Part shown: positions 40,300 to 49,715 of the stretch, piece by piece
How positions within the stretch are numbered: position 1 is the first letter of the stretch
Layout of the letters: each line of letters starts with the position of its first letter
DNA from: Bradyrhizobium sp.
Lineage (GTDB): Bacteria > Pseudomonadota > Alphaproteobacteria > Rhizobiales > Xanthobacteraceae
NCBI GenBank assembly: GCA_035575945.1
Contig: DATLXF010000055.1
Span: 3,727 to 67,726, forward strand
Direction of reading: 5' to 3'
Length of the DNA: 64,000 bases
The notes under the pieces: generated by a model
Database searches by the model: none
Seen by the model: the letters and a program-made list of their open reading frames with translations, nothing else
Told to the model about the DNA's origin: nothing
Translations under genes and position numbers: made by a program

Positions 40300-41283
40300 A
40301 TGACCGAACAGCTCCTCCCGATCGGCCCCGCCGATATCGACGCGGCAGCGCGCGTGATCGCGCCTTACGCCATCCGTACCCCGCTGTTGTCCTTTCCCGT
40401 GCTCAACGAGCGCGTCGGTGCCAAAGTCTTCCTGAAGCCCGAGATGCTCCAGCGCACCGGGTCCTTCAAGTTCCGCGGCGCCTTCAACAAGGTGTTCTCG
40501 ATTCCGCAGGACAAGCGCTCCGGCGGCGTCGTCGCGTTCTCCTCCGGCAACCATGCCCAGGGCGTTGCGGCGGCGGCCAAGATCCTCGACATGCAGGCGA
40601 CCATCGTGATGCCCGCGGATGCGCCGCTGTCCAAGCGCGAGCGCACCAAATCCTACGGCGCCGAGGTCGTGCTTTACGACCGCGACCGCGACGACCGCGA
40701 GGCGATCTCGCGCGGCATCGCCGAGAAGCGGGGGGCGACGCTGGTCAAGCCCTATGACGATCCGTTCGTGATCGCGGGGCAGGGCACCGCCGGCCGCGAG
40801 ATCGCAGAAGACATGGCGACGCTCGGTCTTGCCCCTGATATCGTGGTGGCACCGGCCTCCGGCGGGGGCCTGATCGCGGGCGTTGCGACCGCGATCAAGG
40901 CGCGCTATCCGAACGCCGAGATCGTGGTGGCCGAGCCCGAGGCCTTCGACGATCACGGCATCTCCTTGAGCGCGGGCCATCGCGAGCCGCACCCGCCGGC
41001 GGGGCGCACCATCTGCGATGCGCTGATGGCGCTCATCCCCGGCGAGATGACCTTTGCGATCAACAGCAAGCTGCTCGCGCGTGGTGTGACCGCATCGGAC
41101 AAGGAAGTCGGCGCAGCGGTCGCTTTCGCTTATCGCGAGCTGAAGCTGGTGGTGGAGCCCGGCGGTGCCGTGGGCCTCGCCGCGCTTCTGGCCGGACGCC
41201 TCGATGTGACGGGGAAGAACGTCGTCATCGTGCTGTCCGGCGGCAATGTCGACGCGGAATTGTTCGCCGAGCTGGTTGCCTAG
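40300..41283 (+). CDS. Threonine/serine dehydratase (PLP fold II)
   Basis: KPEMLQRTGSFKFRG, SSGNHAQG, GQGT, VVEPGGA, LSGGN. Confidence 0.92.
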   Translation: MTEQLLPIGPADIDAAARVIAPYAIRTPLLSFPVLNERVGAKVFLKPEMLQRTGSFKFRGAFNKVFSIPQDKRSGGVVAFSSGNHAQGVAAAAKILDMQATIVMPADAPLSKRERTKSYGAEVVLYDRDRDDREAISRGIAEKRGATLVKPYDDPFVIAGQGTAGREIAEDMATLGLAPDIVVAPASGGGLIAGVATAIKARYPNAEIVVAEPEAFDDHGISLSAGHREPHPPAGRTICDALMALIPGEMTFAINSKLLARGVTASDKEVGAAVAFAYRELKLVVEPGGAVGLAALLAGRLDVTGKNVVIVLSGGNVDAELFAELVA

Positions 41284-41284
41284 C

Positions 41285-41369
41285 CGTCATTCCGGGGCCC
41301 GCGAAGCGGGAGCCCGGAACGAACATCCGCTTGCTCAGTGCTCCCTCTCCCGCAAGCGGGAGAGGGAGC
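41285..41369. repeat. Two adjacent palindromic repeats between convergent genes
   Basis: A CGTC-type arm (cgtcattccgggg...cccggaa), then the perfect hairpin gctccctctcccgc-aa-gcgggagagggagc. Confidence 0.75.
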
Positions 41370-41388
41370 GCACCTTCGCCTTGAGCGG

Positions 41389-43182
41389 TCAGCGCATGAA
41401 GCCGCCACGGCGGTTGCCGGCATTGTTCATGCTGGGCGCCTGGTTCATCGACTGCCGGAAGTTGTTGTTGCTGCTGATCATGCGGCTCGGCACGGTGTTG
41501 AGCTGCGGCCGGTGGTTCGGAACGTTGTTCTGCGTCTGCACCTTGTTCACCGGAGTGTTGTTGACCTTCACGCCGTTGGTGATGCGGATCGGGCGGTTCT
41601 GGGTCTGGACGTTGACCGGCTTCGACTCGATGTTCGGGCCGCGACTGCCGACGTTCACCGGCATGCTCACGATCTTGCCCGGCCTGGCATTGCCGCCATT
41701 CGGCGTGGTGTTGCTTGCAGGCAAGGTTACGATCTTGCCGGAGCCGCCGTTGTTGTTGGTCGTGGTGGTGGGCGCCGGCAGGGTGACGATCTTGCCCGGG
41801 GTCTTCGACGGCGTCACATTCGGCTGGTTGTTGTTGCCCGCAGGCAGATTGACGATCTGGCCGCCATTGCCGAGCTTGCCGATCACCTTGCCCTCGAGCG
41901 GTTTCTGCACGACCGGCAGATTGCCATTGATCTGCCCACCGCCATTGCCCGGCAGCAGCGGCATGTATTTGGGCTGGCCGAGATTGCCGATCTTGAAGGT
42001 TGGCGCAATGGTCTGCGGTGCCAGGAACTTGGTCGCCTGCATCAAGGGAATCTGCTTCGGTTGCGCCTGCAGCTTCAGCGCGACATGGCCGTACGGGCTG
42101 TTGCCGTAGCTGTCATAGAAGCTCTTGTAGGCGACCGGCGAGTTGACGAGCACCGCCTTGTGCCAGGCCTGCGAGATCAGCAGGTTCTTCAGCAGCCAGC
42201 GGACGTGGTCGCACAGCGGATCGTGCGGATACATCTGGATGAACTCCTGATAATATTCCGGACGGCCCTCGGACACGACGTAGTCATAGGCTTGGCGCGT
42301 CGATCGGCTCGGCAGATTGGAAGCCACCTGCACCACCGGTGCCTTGATCGGCGCGCGGTTGGCGGCGACGGCGGTGTCACCGAAGAAGGTGAAGTCTGAA
42401 GTCAGCGAGGAGCTCTCCCACGGGATCTGCGCGCCGCTGGTGGTCTGGTTGACCTGCAGGCGCACGCGCTTGAAAAGCTGCTCGATCGGCACGTTGGGCT
42501 CGCGCGCGACGTTGAGGAAGGCCTGCGTGTAGGGGCTGTGACCGCCCGTGCCGTCCAGCGCCTCGGCGCCCGGCGCGGTCGAGTAGCCGACGATCGAGCC
42601 GTTCGGCGCGTCGACGATGGCAAGGCCGCGGCCGGCGTCGTTGACCTCGGGGAAGGGATTGTTGCGGCAGGCATCGAGGATCACGATGCGCATGCGGCTC
42701 GGGATCGTCTCCAGCGTCGACATCACGTCGACGAGGCGCACCGAATTGTTGACGAGCTCGGTCGGGCTGGACACCTTGGCATCGACGGGAACGAGATAGT
42801 TCTCGCCGGCAAGCTGCACGCCGTGACCGGCATAATAAACCATCGCCACCGTGTTCGGACCGCGCGAGGCGACCTTGGCGGAAAAGTCCTGGACGACGCG
42901 AAGCATGTCGTCCTGGGTCAAATCGGTGGCCGCGACCACTTCGAAGCCGGCGGAGTTCAGGAACTGTGCGATCGACTGCGCGTCGTCGTCGGGATTCGCG
43001 AGTTGCGGCGCGTTCCGGTAGTTCGCATTACCGATCACCAGCGCCACCCGTTGCTCCGGGCCTTGCAGCGCAGCGGGGGCGGGCTGGACCGGGGCGACTT
43101 GCGCGGAAACGGGCCCGCAGACGAAGCCGAACAGGCTTCCAAGCAGGCTTGCCGTCGTCAGGAAAGGCTTTAGGCGGAACAT
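41389..43182 (-). CDS. Secreted caspase-family (peptidase C14) protein with a low-complexity C-terminal tail
   Basis: Signal peptide, RVALVIGNANY, YYAGHG (His), ILDACRNNP (Cys), STAPG, HSPYT, QIPWE. Confidence 0.9.
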   Translation of the reverse strand: MFRLKPFLTTASLLGSLFGFVCGPVSAQVAPVQPAPAALQGPEQRVALVIGNANYRNAPQLANPDDDAQSIAQFLNSAGFEVVAATDLTQDDMLRVVQDFSAKVASRGPNTVAMVYYAGHGVQLAGENYLVPVDAKVSSPTELVNNSVRLVDVMSTLETIPSRMRIVILDACRNNPFPEVNDAGRGLAIVDAPNGSIVGYSTAPGAEALDGTGGHSPYTQAFLNVAREPNVPIEQLFKRVRLQVNQTTSGAQIPWESSSLTSDFTFFGDTAVAANRAPIKAPVVQVASNLPSRSTRQAYDYVVSEGRPEYYQEFIQMYPHDPLCDHVRWLLKNLLISQAWHKAVLVNSPVAYKSFYDSYGNSPYGHVALKLQAQPKQIPLMQATKFLAPQTIAPTFKIGNLGQPKYMPLLPGNGGGQINGNLPVVQKPLEGKVIGKLGNGGQIVNLPAGNNNQPNVTPSKTPGKIVTLPAPTTTTNNNGGSGKIVTLPASNTTPNGGNARPGKIVSMPVNVGSRGPNIESKPVNVQTQNRPIRITNGVKVNNTPVNKVQTQNNVPNHRPQLNTVPSRMISSNNNFRQSMNQAPSMNNAGNRRGGFMR

Positions 43183-43336
43183 GGCGTGCTCCTTTGGCAC
43201 TCATCTCGATGCGAGATTGGTTGCGGCCAAGCCTGGCTGCGTTCGAGCTCGAATTCCGTGATCCCTGTCACCATGGCGGCGGACGTGATCTGAATCACGC
43301 CGGGAACCTGCGATGGCGAACGATCGAGAAGAATGG

Positions 43337-43723
43337 CTATCCGCTCGGGGGACTGATCAGCTCGGAGGGCCAGCCGATGCGGACGAGGAGGCCGTCGGGG
43401 GCGTTGATGCCGACTTCATACATGCCCCATTCGCGGTGACGTAGTACACCGCCGGGACGGATGACGAGATCGTCCACGCGCGCCGCGATGGCCTCGACCT
43501 CGGGCGTGCGAATGAAGACGCCGAAAGGGTTGTGCTCGGGCACGCGCCACGGGCCATCCCCGGCTTGCGTGAGATGCACCTCGCAGCCCCAGCCGCTCAT
43601 GATGACATAGCCGGCATCGCCGCCGGTGCACGCAAAGCCGAGACGCTCCCAGAACGGTCGAGCGGCGGCTAGGTCGTTGCAGGGGATGATCGCGAAGACG
43701 CCGATGCGCGGAGTCTCAGACAT
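43337..43723 (-). CDS. VOC/glyoxalase-bleomycin resistance family protein
   Basis: Start MSETPR after a ggag RBS; DLAAARPFWERLGF, EWGMYE, PDGLLVRIG. Confidence 0.8.
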   Translation of the reverse strand: MSETPRIGVFAIIPCNDLAAARPFWERLGFACTGGDAGYVIMSGWGCEVHLTQAGDGPWRVPEHNPFGVFIRTPEVEAIAARVDDLVIRPGGVLRHREWGMYEVGINAPDGLLVRIGWPSELISPPSG

Positions 43724-43873
43724 TCGCTCACTCCCGAAACATGCAAGCGGTGACCGCAGCGTTCGCGCTGCGCGCTTCGAATTTATCGAGTGCGGCTGAT
43801 CGGCGGAAGCGACCAAACGTCCCGCACTTGAATTTGAATGGCGTGCCTCGGGCCAACCGTCTATGGTCTCCTC

Positions 43874-44233
43874 ATGTCCCGCCTCATGTGTCTCTTCATT
43901 GCCATCATCCTGTCGCTGCTGCCTGCGGTCGCCTCCGCTGCGTCGAACCAAAAGCGTCCCAAGCCGGTTTGGAAGGGCTATGGCTTCCTGCCGGGCTATC
44001 GGCAGCCGCTGAGCAACAGCATTCCGCTCTACAAGCAGAAGGACGCGATGCGGCGCCTTGCGCGCAACGAGCGCCGCCATTGGTATATCGACCCGGTCCC
44101 GCAATATTACCGCTGGGACGGCGAGTGGCACTATTTCGGCCGCCCCGGCTTCAACGGCGGCCGCTACAACGGCGGCAGCTTCGGCCCGTGCTGGACCCGC
44201 ACGCCGATCGGGGCGGTGTGGAATTGCGGGTGA
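43874..44233 (+). CDS. Hypothetical secreted protein, aromatic/Gly-rich
   Basis: Signal peptide, GYGFLPGY, C-terminal GPCWTRTPIGAVWNCG with two Cys. Confidence 0.7.
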   Translation: MSRLMCLFIAIILSLLPAVASAASNQKRPKPVWKGYGFLPGYRQPLSNSIPLYKQKDAMRRLARNERRHWYIDPVPQYYRWDGEWHYFGRPGFNGGRYNGGSFGPCWTRTPIGAVWNCG

Positions 44234-44243
44234 GGCGCGGCGG

Positions 44244-44597
44244 TCAGGGAAAGCTGCGGACGACCTCGATCAAGCCGACGATTGCAGCATTGAACGCATC
44301 GAGGTCCTCGGCCGGAATCCAGTACTCCAGATGTGAGCGTCCGCCCGCTTCCTGCACATCGTATTTTTCGATGAAGCTGCGCTTGACTGCGAAGCGCGCG
44401 ACGAAGCCGGCGCCGCTGGCCGGCACGTTCCAGTCTCGCGCGATCTTGATCGCGTAGTCTTCGGTCAGCACCGGATAGAAGATCGGCTGGTCAGGCAGGC
44501 GCGGCGGAAACGCGCGCATGCCGGATTGCTGGATCAGCTCGAGCTCTTTTGGGCCGACGGGACGCCAGAGGGTGAGGGTGTCTTCGGTGGCGGACAT
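44244..44597 (-). CDS. Conserved hypothetical protein (family often labelled ADP-ribosylation/crystallin J1-related)
   Basis: LWRPVGPKEL, FPPRLPDQPIFYPV, IARDWN, HLEYWIPAE..FN. Confidence 0.7.
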   Translation of the reverse strand: MSATEDTLTLWRPVGPKELELIQQSGMRAFPPRLPDQPIFYPVLTEDYAIKIARDWNVPASGAGFVARFAVKRSFIEKYDVQEAGGRSHLEYWIPAEDLDAFNAAIVGLIEVVRSFP

Positions 44598-44641
44598 TTT
44601 CGAGAGGTCCAAGATCGAGCGTCGTCGTTGAGAGTGGTGTG

Positions 44642-44753
44642 TCGTGCCCCGGACGCCAGCGCAGCGTCTCTTCGACGGTGCGCTGCAGAGCCGGGGCCCA
44701 GGATGCAGTGGACCCTGGGTCCCGGATCTGCGCTTCGCTTGTCCGGGACACGA
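44642..44753. repeat. Palindromic intergenic element
   Basis: tcgtgccccggac...gtccgggacacga arms with internal hairpins. Confidence 0.7.
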
Positions 44754-44783
44754 GAATGAAAGGCGCGGGAAGGAGCGTGCCTC

Positions 44784-46208
44784 TTACGAGAAGAACGCGA
44801 TCTTCTCGGCCTGGGTCATGCGGCGGATCGGGGCGAAGGGATCGTTGGCCGGGGCGCGCGGTTTTTGCAGGATGCCGCTGGCGAGGATGGTGGCGCCAAG
44901 CGAGGCGTCGGACATGGAGGCGGGCAGGGGCGAGGGCATCGGCAGCGTCGCGGTCGGGGCCGCCGATGATGCTGCGGCTGCCATCGCCGGGGCCTGCTGC
45001 TCCATCACTTCGGCGGCGGCTTCCGCAATGGCGTCGGTGAGTCGCGCGAGCGAGTCCATTGCGATCGGCGCGTCGGCGGGCTCTTCCATCATGGGCGCTG
45101 CGACCGGCCGAGGCACGACCGGCTCCGGCAGCTCGGCAGCGACGGGCGCTGCGGCTTCCGCAACCATCGGCCCCGGAACCGCCGCTTCCATCTCGGCCTG
45201 CACGATGATCTCGTCGAACTCCGGATCGGGCGCAGCCATCTCCAGCGCGATCGCATCGAGGATGGCTTCATCCTCGGCGTCGGCAGCGGCGACGAGGGAG
45301 AGCTCCTCGCTTGCTTCGGTCATAGCCTCCGGTCGAGTAACCGGCTCCTCGAACGCGACAGTTTCGAGCCCGGCCTCATCAGGCGCGCCGGCCTCGAGCG
45401 GCGCGCTTTCGGCAGGGGTCTGGCTTTCGGCCGCGATCTCCTGTGCGACAGTCGCGTCCATCGCCTGTTCCGCCATGGCATCGGTTTCAGCGACGGCGCT
45501 TGCTTCGACGGCGGCATCGAGTTTCGGAGCTGCTGCGATCTCTTCGCGCACCTCCGTAAAAGCCGCGGGTGGCTCGCTGGCCATCACCGCAGGCACGGGC
45601 TCGACGGGAGCTTCAGCAACGGGGGAAGCCGCTTCCTGCACCGGAGTCGGCGGGGCCGCCCGCGGCGCTCCGCCGCCGTCGGTCTGGTCGACCCGGTCCT
45701 TGAGCAGATCGAACGCGATCCCGAGCTCGACGCGGGGATCGATCGCCTGGGCCTGTCCGCAGGCGGCCTCGATCGAGGCGAGCTGCGAATCAATGAGGTC
45801 GCAGATTCGTCCGTCGGCGCCAATCTCGCGCCAGCGCCAGGAGATCTCCTTGATGATGCGTACCCCGCGCGGAATCGGCGCGAGGCTCGCCTCGATCGCG
45901 GCCGGATCGTATGCCGCGAGCGCGATCGCCTCGGCCTCGCGGATGGCCCGGCGGATCTCGACCAGTGCTTCGGGCAGGCGGTCTTCGACGACCGGTTGCC
46001 GCTGCGCCGCAAGGGTTTCCTCGATCCTGGCGACCGCATCGAGCACCATGCTCGTGTCGGCGTTGCGGTTGCGCTTGGCATACTCGCCGAGGAACCAGCG
46101 GCCGCGTGCGGTCTCCATGAAGGCTTCGCGGATCGCGTCGTAATCCTGCTCGTTCGGCGCGGCCGCGCGGGCAGACATGGGCGAGAGGGCGAATGCTTCG
46201 TTGGCCAT
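44784..46208 (-). CDS. Hypothetical protein: helical N-terminal domain, acidic Ala/Pro/Glu-rich linker, short C-terminal helix
   Basis: DYDAIREAFMETARGRWFLGEYAKRNRNADT at the N-terminus; RRMTQAEKIAFFS at the C-terminus. Confidence 0.8.
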   Translation of the reverse strand: MANEAFALSPMSARAAAPNEQDYDAIREAFMETARGRWFLGEYAKRNRNADTSMVLDAVARIEETLAAQRQPVVEDRLPEALVEIRRAIREAEAIALAAYDPAAIEASLAPIPRGVRIIKEISWRWREIGADGRICDLIDSQLASIEAACGQAQAIDPRVELGIAFDLLKDRVDQTDGGGAPRAAPPTPVQEAASPVAEAPVEPVPAVMASEPPAAFTEVREEIAAAPKLDAAVEASAVAETDAMAEQAMDATVAQEIAAESQTPAESAPLEAGAPDEAGLETVAFEEPVTRPEAMTEASEELSLVAAADAEDEAILDAIALEMAAPDPEFDEIIVQAEMEAAVPGPMVAEAAAPVAAELPEPVVPRPVAAPMMEEPADAPIAMDSLARLTDAIAEAAAEVMEQQAPAMAAAASSAAPTATLPMPSPLPASMSDASLGATILASGILQKPRAPANDPFAPIRRMTQAEKIAFFS

Positions 46209-46283
46209 GACAATCTCGTCGCGCAAATCAGGGCGCGTTACTGTAACGATCACCACGATATCGACCGAATCGCAATTGGTTTG

Positions 46284-47480
46284 ATGCAGTCCGAATCACA
46301 AATCCCCATCACTGCAGCGCAGAAGCGGCGATTCGCGGTGAACCTCGCCGTGTTCTATTCGGCCTTCTTCGCCGTTCTGGGCACGCATATGCCGTTCTTC
46401 CCGGTCTGGCTGAAGGCGATCGGCGTGGACGCGGCCTGGATCGGCATCATCAACGCGCTGCCGGCGATCACGCGCTTCACCACGCTGCCGCAAGTCACCG
46501 CCTTTGCCGAGAAACGACACGCCATTCGCGCCGGCATCATGCTGTCGGTACTGGCGACGGCGGTCGGATTTTCGGCCCTCGGCCTGCAGCAGCAGCCGCT
46601 GGCGCTGTTCCTGCTCTATGCGCTGACCTGCATGATGTGGACGCCGACGATGCCGCTGACCGACGCCTATGCGCTGCGCGGTGTCGCCCGTTACGGGCTC
46701 GATTACGGGCCCTTGCGGCTGTGGGGCTCGGCCGCGTTTGCGGCCGGCTCGCTCGCGTGCGGCTATCTTGTCGACATCATCGCCCCGCGCGACCTGATCT
46801 GGGTCATTGTGGCCTGGGCCGTCGTTGCGGTTCTCGCCAGCCTGCTGCTCCAGCCGCTCGACGATCCCGGGCGGAGGCCGCCTCAGACGCATGCCGGCAA
46901 GGCTCTGCTGCGCGATGCCGGCTTCTGGGCCGTGATCGCAGCGGCGGCTTTGATCCAGAGCAGCCACATCGCGTTCTACACCTTCTCGGCCATCAACTGG
47001 CAGCTCCAGGGCCTCAGCGGTGTGACCATCGCGACGCTGTGGACGCTGGGCGTGATCGCCGAGATCGTGGTGTTCGCGCTGTCGCCGCGCTTCTCGCTGC
47101 ATCCGTCCACGCTGATGGCGATCGGCGGCCTGACCGCCGTGCTGCGCTGGATCATCACCGCCAGCGAGCCGCCGCTCGCACTGCTCGCGATCGCCCAGCT
47201 TGGTCACGGCTTCAGCTTCGGCATGACCATACTCGGTACCATGAACCTGCTGGTGCAGCGGGTACCCTCGCATCAGATCGCGCGCGGGCAGGGCTATTAC
47301 GCCGCCTGCAACGGATTGCTCGGCGCGGCGACGTCCATTGCATCAGGCGCGATCTATGCCCGCATCGGCGACGGCGTCTATTACGTCATGGCCACGATGG
47401 CCGCGGCCGGCGCCATCCTGATCTGGTCGGCGCGGCATCGGCTGAAGGCTCAGCCCCAGAGCGAGGCGTCCGGCGGATAG
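46284..47480 (+). CDS. MFS transporter (HcaT/LacY-like)
   Basis: About 12 TMs; PFFPVWL, DYGPLRLWGS, GVIAEIVVF. Confidence 0.88.
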   Translation: MQSESQIPITAAQKRRFAVNLAVFYSAFFAVLGTHMPFFPVWLKAIGVDAAWIGIINALPAITRFTTLPQVTAFAEKRHAIRAGIMLSVLATAVGFSALGLQQQPLALFLLYALTCMMWTPTMPLTDAYALRGVARYGLDYGPLRLWGSAAFAAGSLACGYLVDIIAPRDLIWVIVAWAVVAVLASLLLQPLDDPGRRPPQTHAGKALLRDAGFWAVIAAAALIQSSHIAFYTFSAINWQLQGLSGVTIATLWTLGVIAEIVVFALSPRFSLHPSTLMAIGGLTAVLRWIITASEPPLALLAIAQLGHGFSFGMTILGTMNLLVQRVPSHQIARGQGYYAACNGLLGAATSIASGAIYARIGDGVYYVMATMAAAGAILIWSARHRLKAQPQSEASGG

Positions 47481-48445
47481 ACCAGGCTGCCGTCGTAGCG
47501 CAGGCCATGATCACGGTCGCGCGCCAGCAGCAGAGGCCCGTCGAGATCGACGAAGCGCGCCTGCGGCGTCACCAGCATGGCGGGGGCCATCGACAGCGAG
47601 CTCGCGACCATGCAGCCGATCATGATCTCGAAGCCGAGCGCCTGCGCTGCGTCGGCCATGGCCAGCGCCTCGGTGAGGCCGCCGGTCTTGTCGAGCTTGA
47701 TGTTCACGGCATCGTAGCGGTCGCGCAACGGCGCGAGCGAGGCGCGGTCATGCACGCTCTCGTCGGCGCACACCGTGAGCGGGCGCCTGATCCGCGCCAG
47801 CGCCTCGTCCTTGCCCGATGGCAGCGGTTGCTCCACCAGGGTGACGCCGGCCGCGGCGCAGGCGGCGAGGTTGGCTTCAAGATTGGCCTCGGTCCAGGCC
47901 TCGTTGGCATCCACGATCAGCTCGGATTCAGGGGCGGCCTTGCGCACCGCCGCGATCCGCTCCGGATCGCCGTCGCCGCCGAGCTTGATCTTGAGCAGCG
48001 GACGGTGCGCCGCCTTGGCGGTCGCCGCGGCCATGGCTTCGGGCGTCCCTAACGAAATCGTGTAGGCGGTGGTGCGCTCGCCCGGCACGGGGCGGTCCAG
48101 CAGGTTCCAGGCTCGCAGGCCCGCCCTCTTGGCCTCGAGGTCGATCAGGGCGCAATCCAGCGCGTTGCGGGCCGCACCCGATGGCATGGCGGCCTGGAGG
48201 GCCTGCCGCGTCAGTCCGCCAGCTAGGGCCTCCCGCATCGCCTCGATGGCGGCCAGCGTTGCCTCCGGCGTCTCGCCATAGCGGGAATAGGGCACGCATT
48301 CGCCTCGGCAGGTCAGGCCGTCGCGGCTGACCTCCGCCACGACGGTCACGGCTTCGGTCTTGGCGCCCCGGCTGATGGTAAAACTGCCGGCGATCGGGAA
48401 GCGCTCGATTCGCGCCGCCAGAGCGGCAAATGTCGTGGAAGTCAT
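47450..48445 (-). CDS. Dipeptide epimerase / N-acetyl-D-Glu racemase (enolase superfamily, YcjG/DgcA-like)
   Basis: FTISRGAKT, KIKLG, VDANE, VEQP, ADES, NIKLDKTGGL, GCM, DLDG. Confidence 0.9.
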   Translation of the reverse strand: MTSTTFAALAARIERFPIAGSFTISRGAKTEAVTVVAEVSRDGLTCRGECVPYSRYGETPEATLAAIEAMREALAGGLTRQALQAAMPSGAARNALDCALIDLEAKRAGLRAWNLLDRPVPGERTTAYTISLGTPEAMAAATAKAAHRPLLKIKLGGDGDPERIAAVRKAAPESELIVDANEAWTEANLEANLAACAAAGVTLVEQPLPSGKDEALARIRRPLTVCADESVHDRASLAPLRDRYDAVNIKLDKTGGLTEALAMADAAQALGFEIMIGCMVASSLSMAPAMLVTPQARFVDLDGPLLLARDRDHGLRYDGSLVYPPDASLWG

Positions 48446-48564
48446 TTTGAACTCTGGCGAAATCTGAACCTGCTAGTTACCTCTAGCAACTAACATTAAC
48501 CCCTTGGGGATACCTTCTCTGGGTAAGGGCGCGTGCGCAACCATCTGATTCTCTCCGCCCCGGT

Positions 48565-49713
48565 ATGGGAGCGGACATTTTGAGCAGCGATCCGAAGCTC
48601 GAACGGATTGCCAAGGGCAACGCGCTGGCACTTTGCGCAACCGGGACCTGGACGGCGAGCTTTGCGCCGGTCCTGGAGCGGATGGTGACCGAGGCCGAGA
48701 AGCTCGCAGGCAGCCCGCAAAACATCTTCATCGACGTCTCCGAGGTCGCCAAGCTCGACACCTTCGGCGCCTGGTTGATCGAGCGGCTGCGCCGCAGTCT
48801 CACGCAAGGCTCCGTCGAAGCGCAGATCGCGGGACTATCAACGAATTACGCCAGCCTCGTTGATGAAGTGCGGCGGGTCAGGGACACGGCCGTGGTCGAC
48901 GGCAGCCCCATCACCATCACCGGCATGCTGGAGCAGATCGGCCGGACCGTGGCCAGCATTGCCGGAACGGTCGCTGGCCTCGTCGACATGCTGGGCGCCG
49001 TGCTCGCGGCATGGTTCCGCGTCTTGATCCATCCCCGCTCGCTCCGTCTGACCTCGACCGTGCATCACCTGGAGCAGGTCTGCTGGCGCGCGGTGCCGAT
49101 CATCGTGCTGATCACCTTCCTGATCGGCTGCATCATCGCGCAACAAGGCATCTTCCATTTCCGCAGATTCGGTGCCGACATCTTCGTCGTCGACATGCTC
49201 GGGGTGCTGGTGCTGCGCGAGATCGGCGTGCTGCTGGTCGCGATCATGGTCGCGGGCCGTTCGGGCAGCGCCTACACGGCCGAGCTGGGCTCGATGAAGA
49301 TGCGCGAGGAGATCGACGCGCTGCGCACCATGGGCTTTGACCCGATCGAGGTGCTGGTGCTGCCGCGCATGATGGCGCTGGTGCTGGCGCTGCCGATCCT
49401 GGCTTTCCTCGGCGCGATGGCGGCGCTCTATGGCGGCGGTCTGGTGGCGTGGCTTTATGGAGGCGTCCAGCCGGAGGCCTTCCTGCTGCGCCTGCGCGAT
49501 GCGATCTCGATCGATCATTTCATCGTCGGCATCGTCAAGGCGCCGGTGATGGCCGCCGTGATCGGCATCGTCGCCTGCGTCGAAGGGCTCGCCGTGCAGG
49601 GCAGCGCGGAATCGCTGGGCCAGCACACCACGGCCTCGGTGGTGAAGGGCATTTTCTTCGTCATCGTCATGGACGGCATCTTCGCCATCTTCTTCGCCTC
49701 GATCGGGATGTGA
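48565..49713 (+). CDS. mlaE: MlaE-family ABC permease with an N-terminal STAS-like domain
   Basis: LREIGVLL.AIMVAGRSGSAYTAELGSMK..EEIDAL. Confidence 0.9.
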   Translation: MGADILSSDPKLERIAKGNALALCATGTWTASFAPVLERMVTEAEKLAGSPQNIFIDVSEVAKLDTFGAWLIERLRRSLTQGSVEAQIAGLSTNYASLVDEVRRVRDTAVVDGSPITITGMLEQIGRTVASIAGTVAGLVDMLGAVLAAWFRVLIHPRSLRLTSTVHHLEQVCWRAVPIIVLITFLIGCIIAQQGIFHFRRFGADIFVVDMLGVLVLREIGVLLVAIMVAGRSGSAYTAELGSMKMREEIDALRTMGFDPIEVLVLPRMMALVLALPILAFLGAMAALYGGGLVAWLYGGVQPEAFLLRLRDAISIDHFIVGIVKAPVMAAVIGIVACVEGLAVQGSAESLGQHTTASVVKGIFFVIVMDGIFAIFFASIGM

Positions 49714-49715
49714 CG

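Noticed and set aside
48470-48505. CtrA site in the epimerase/mlaE divergent promoter
   Set aside because: Only one TTAAC half-site; no second TTAA at the N7 spacing.
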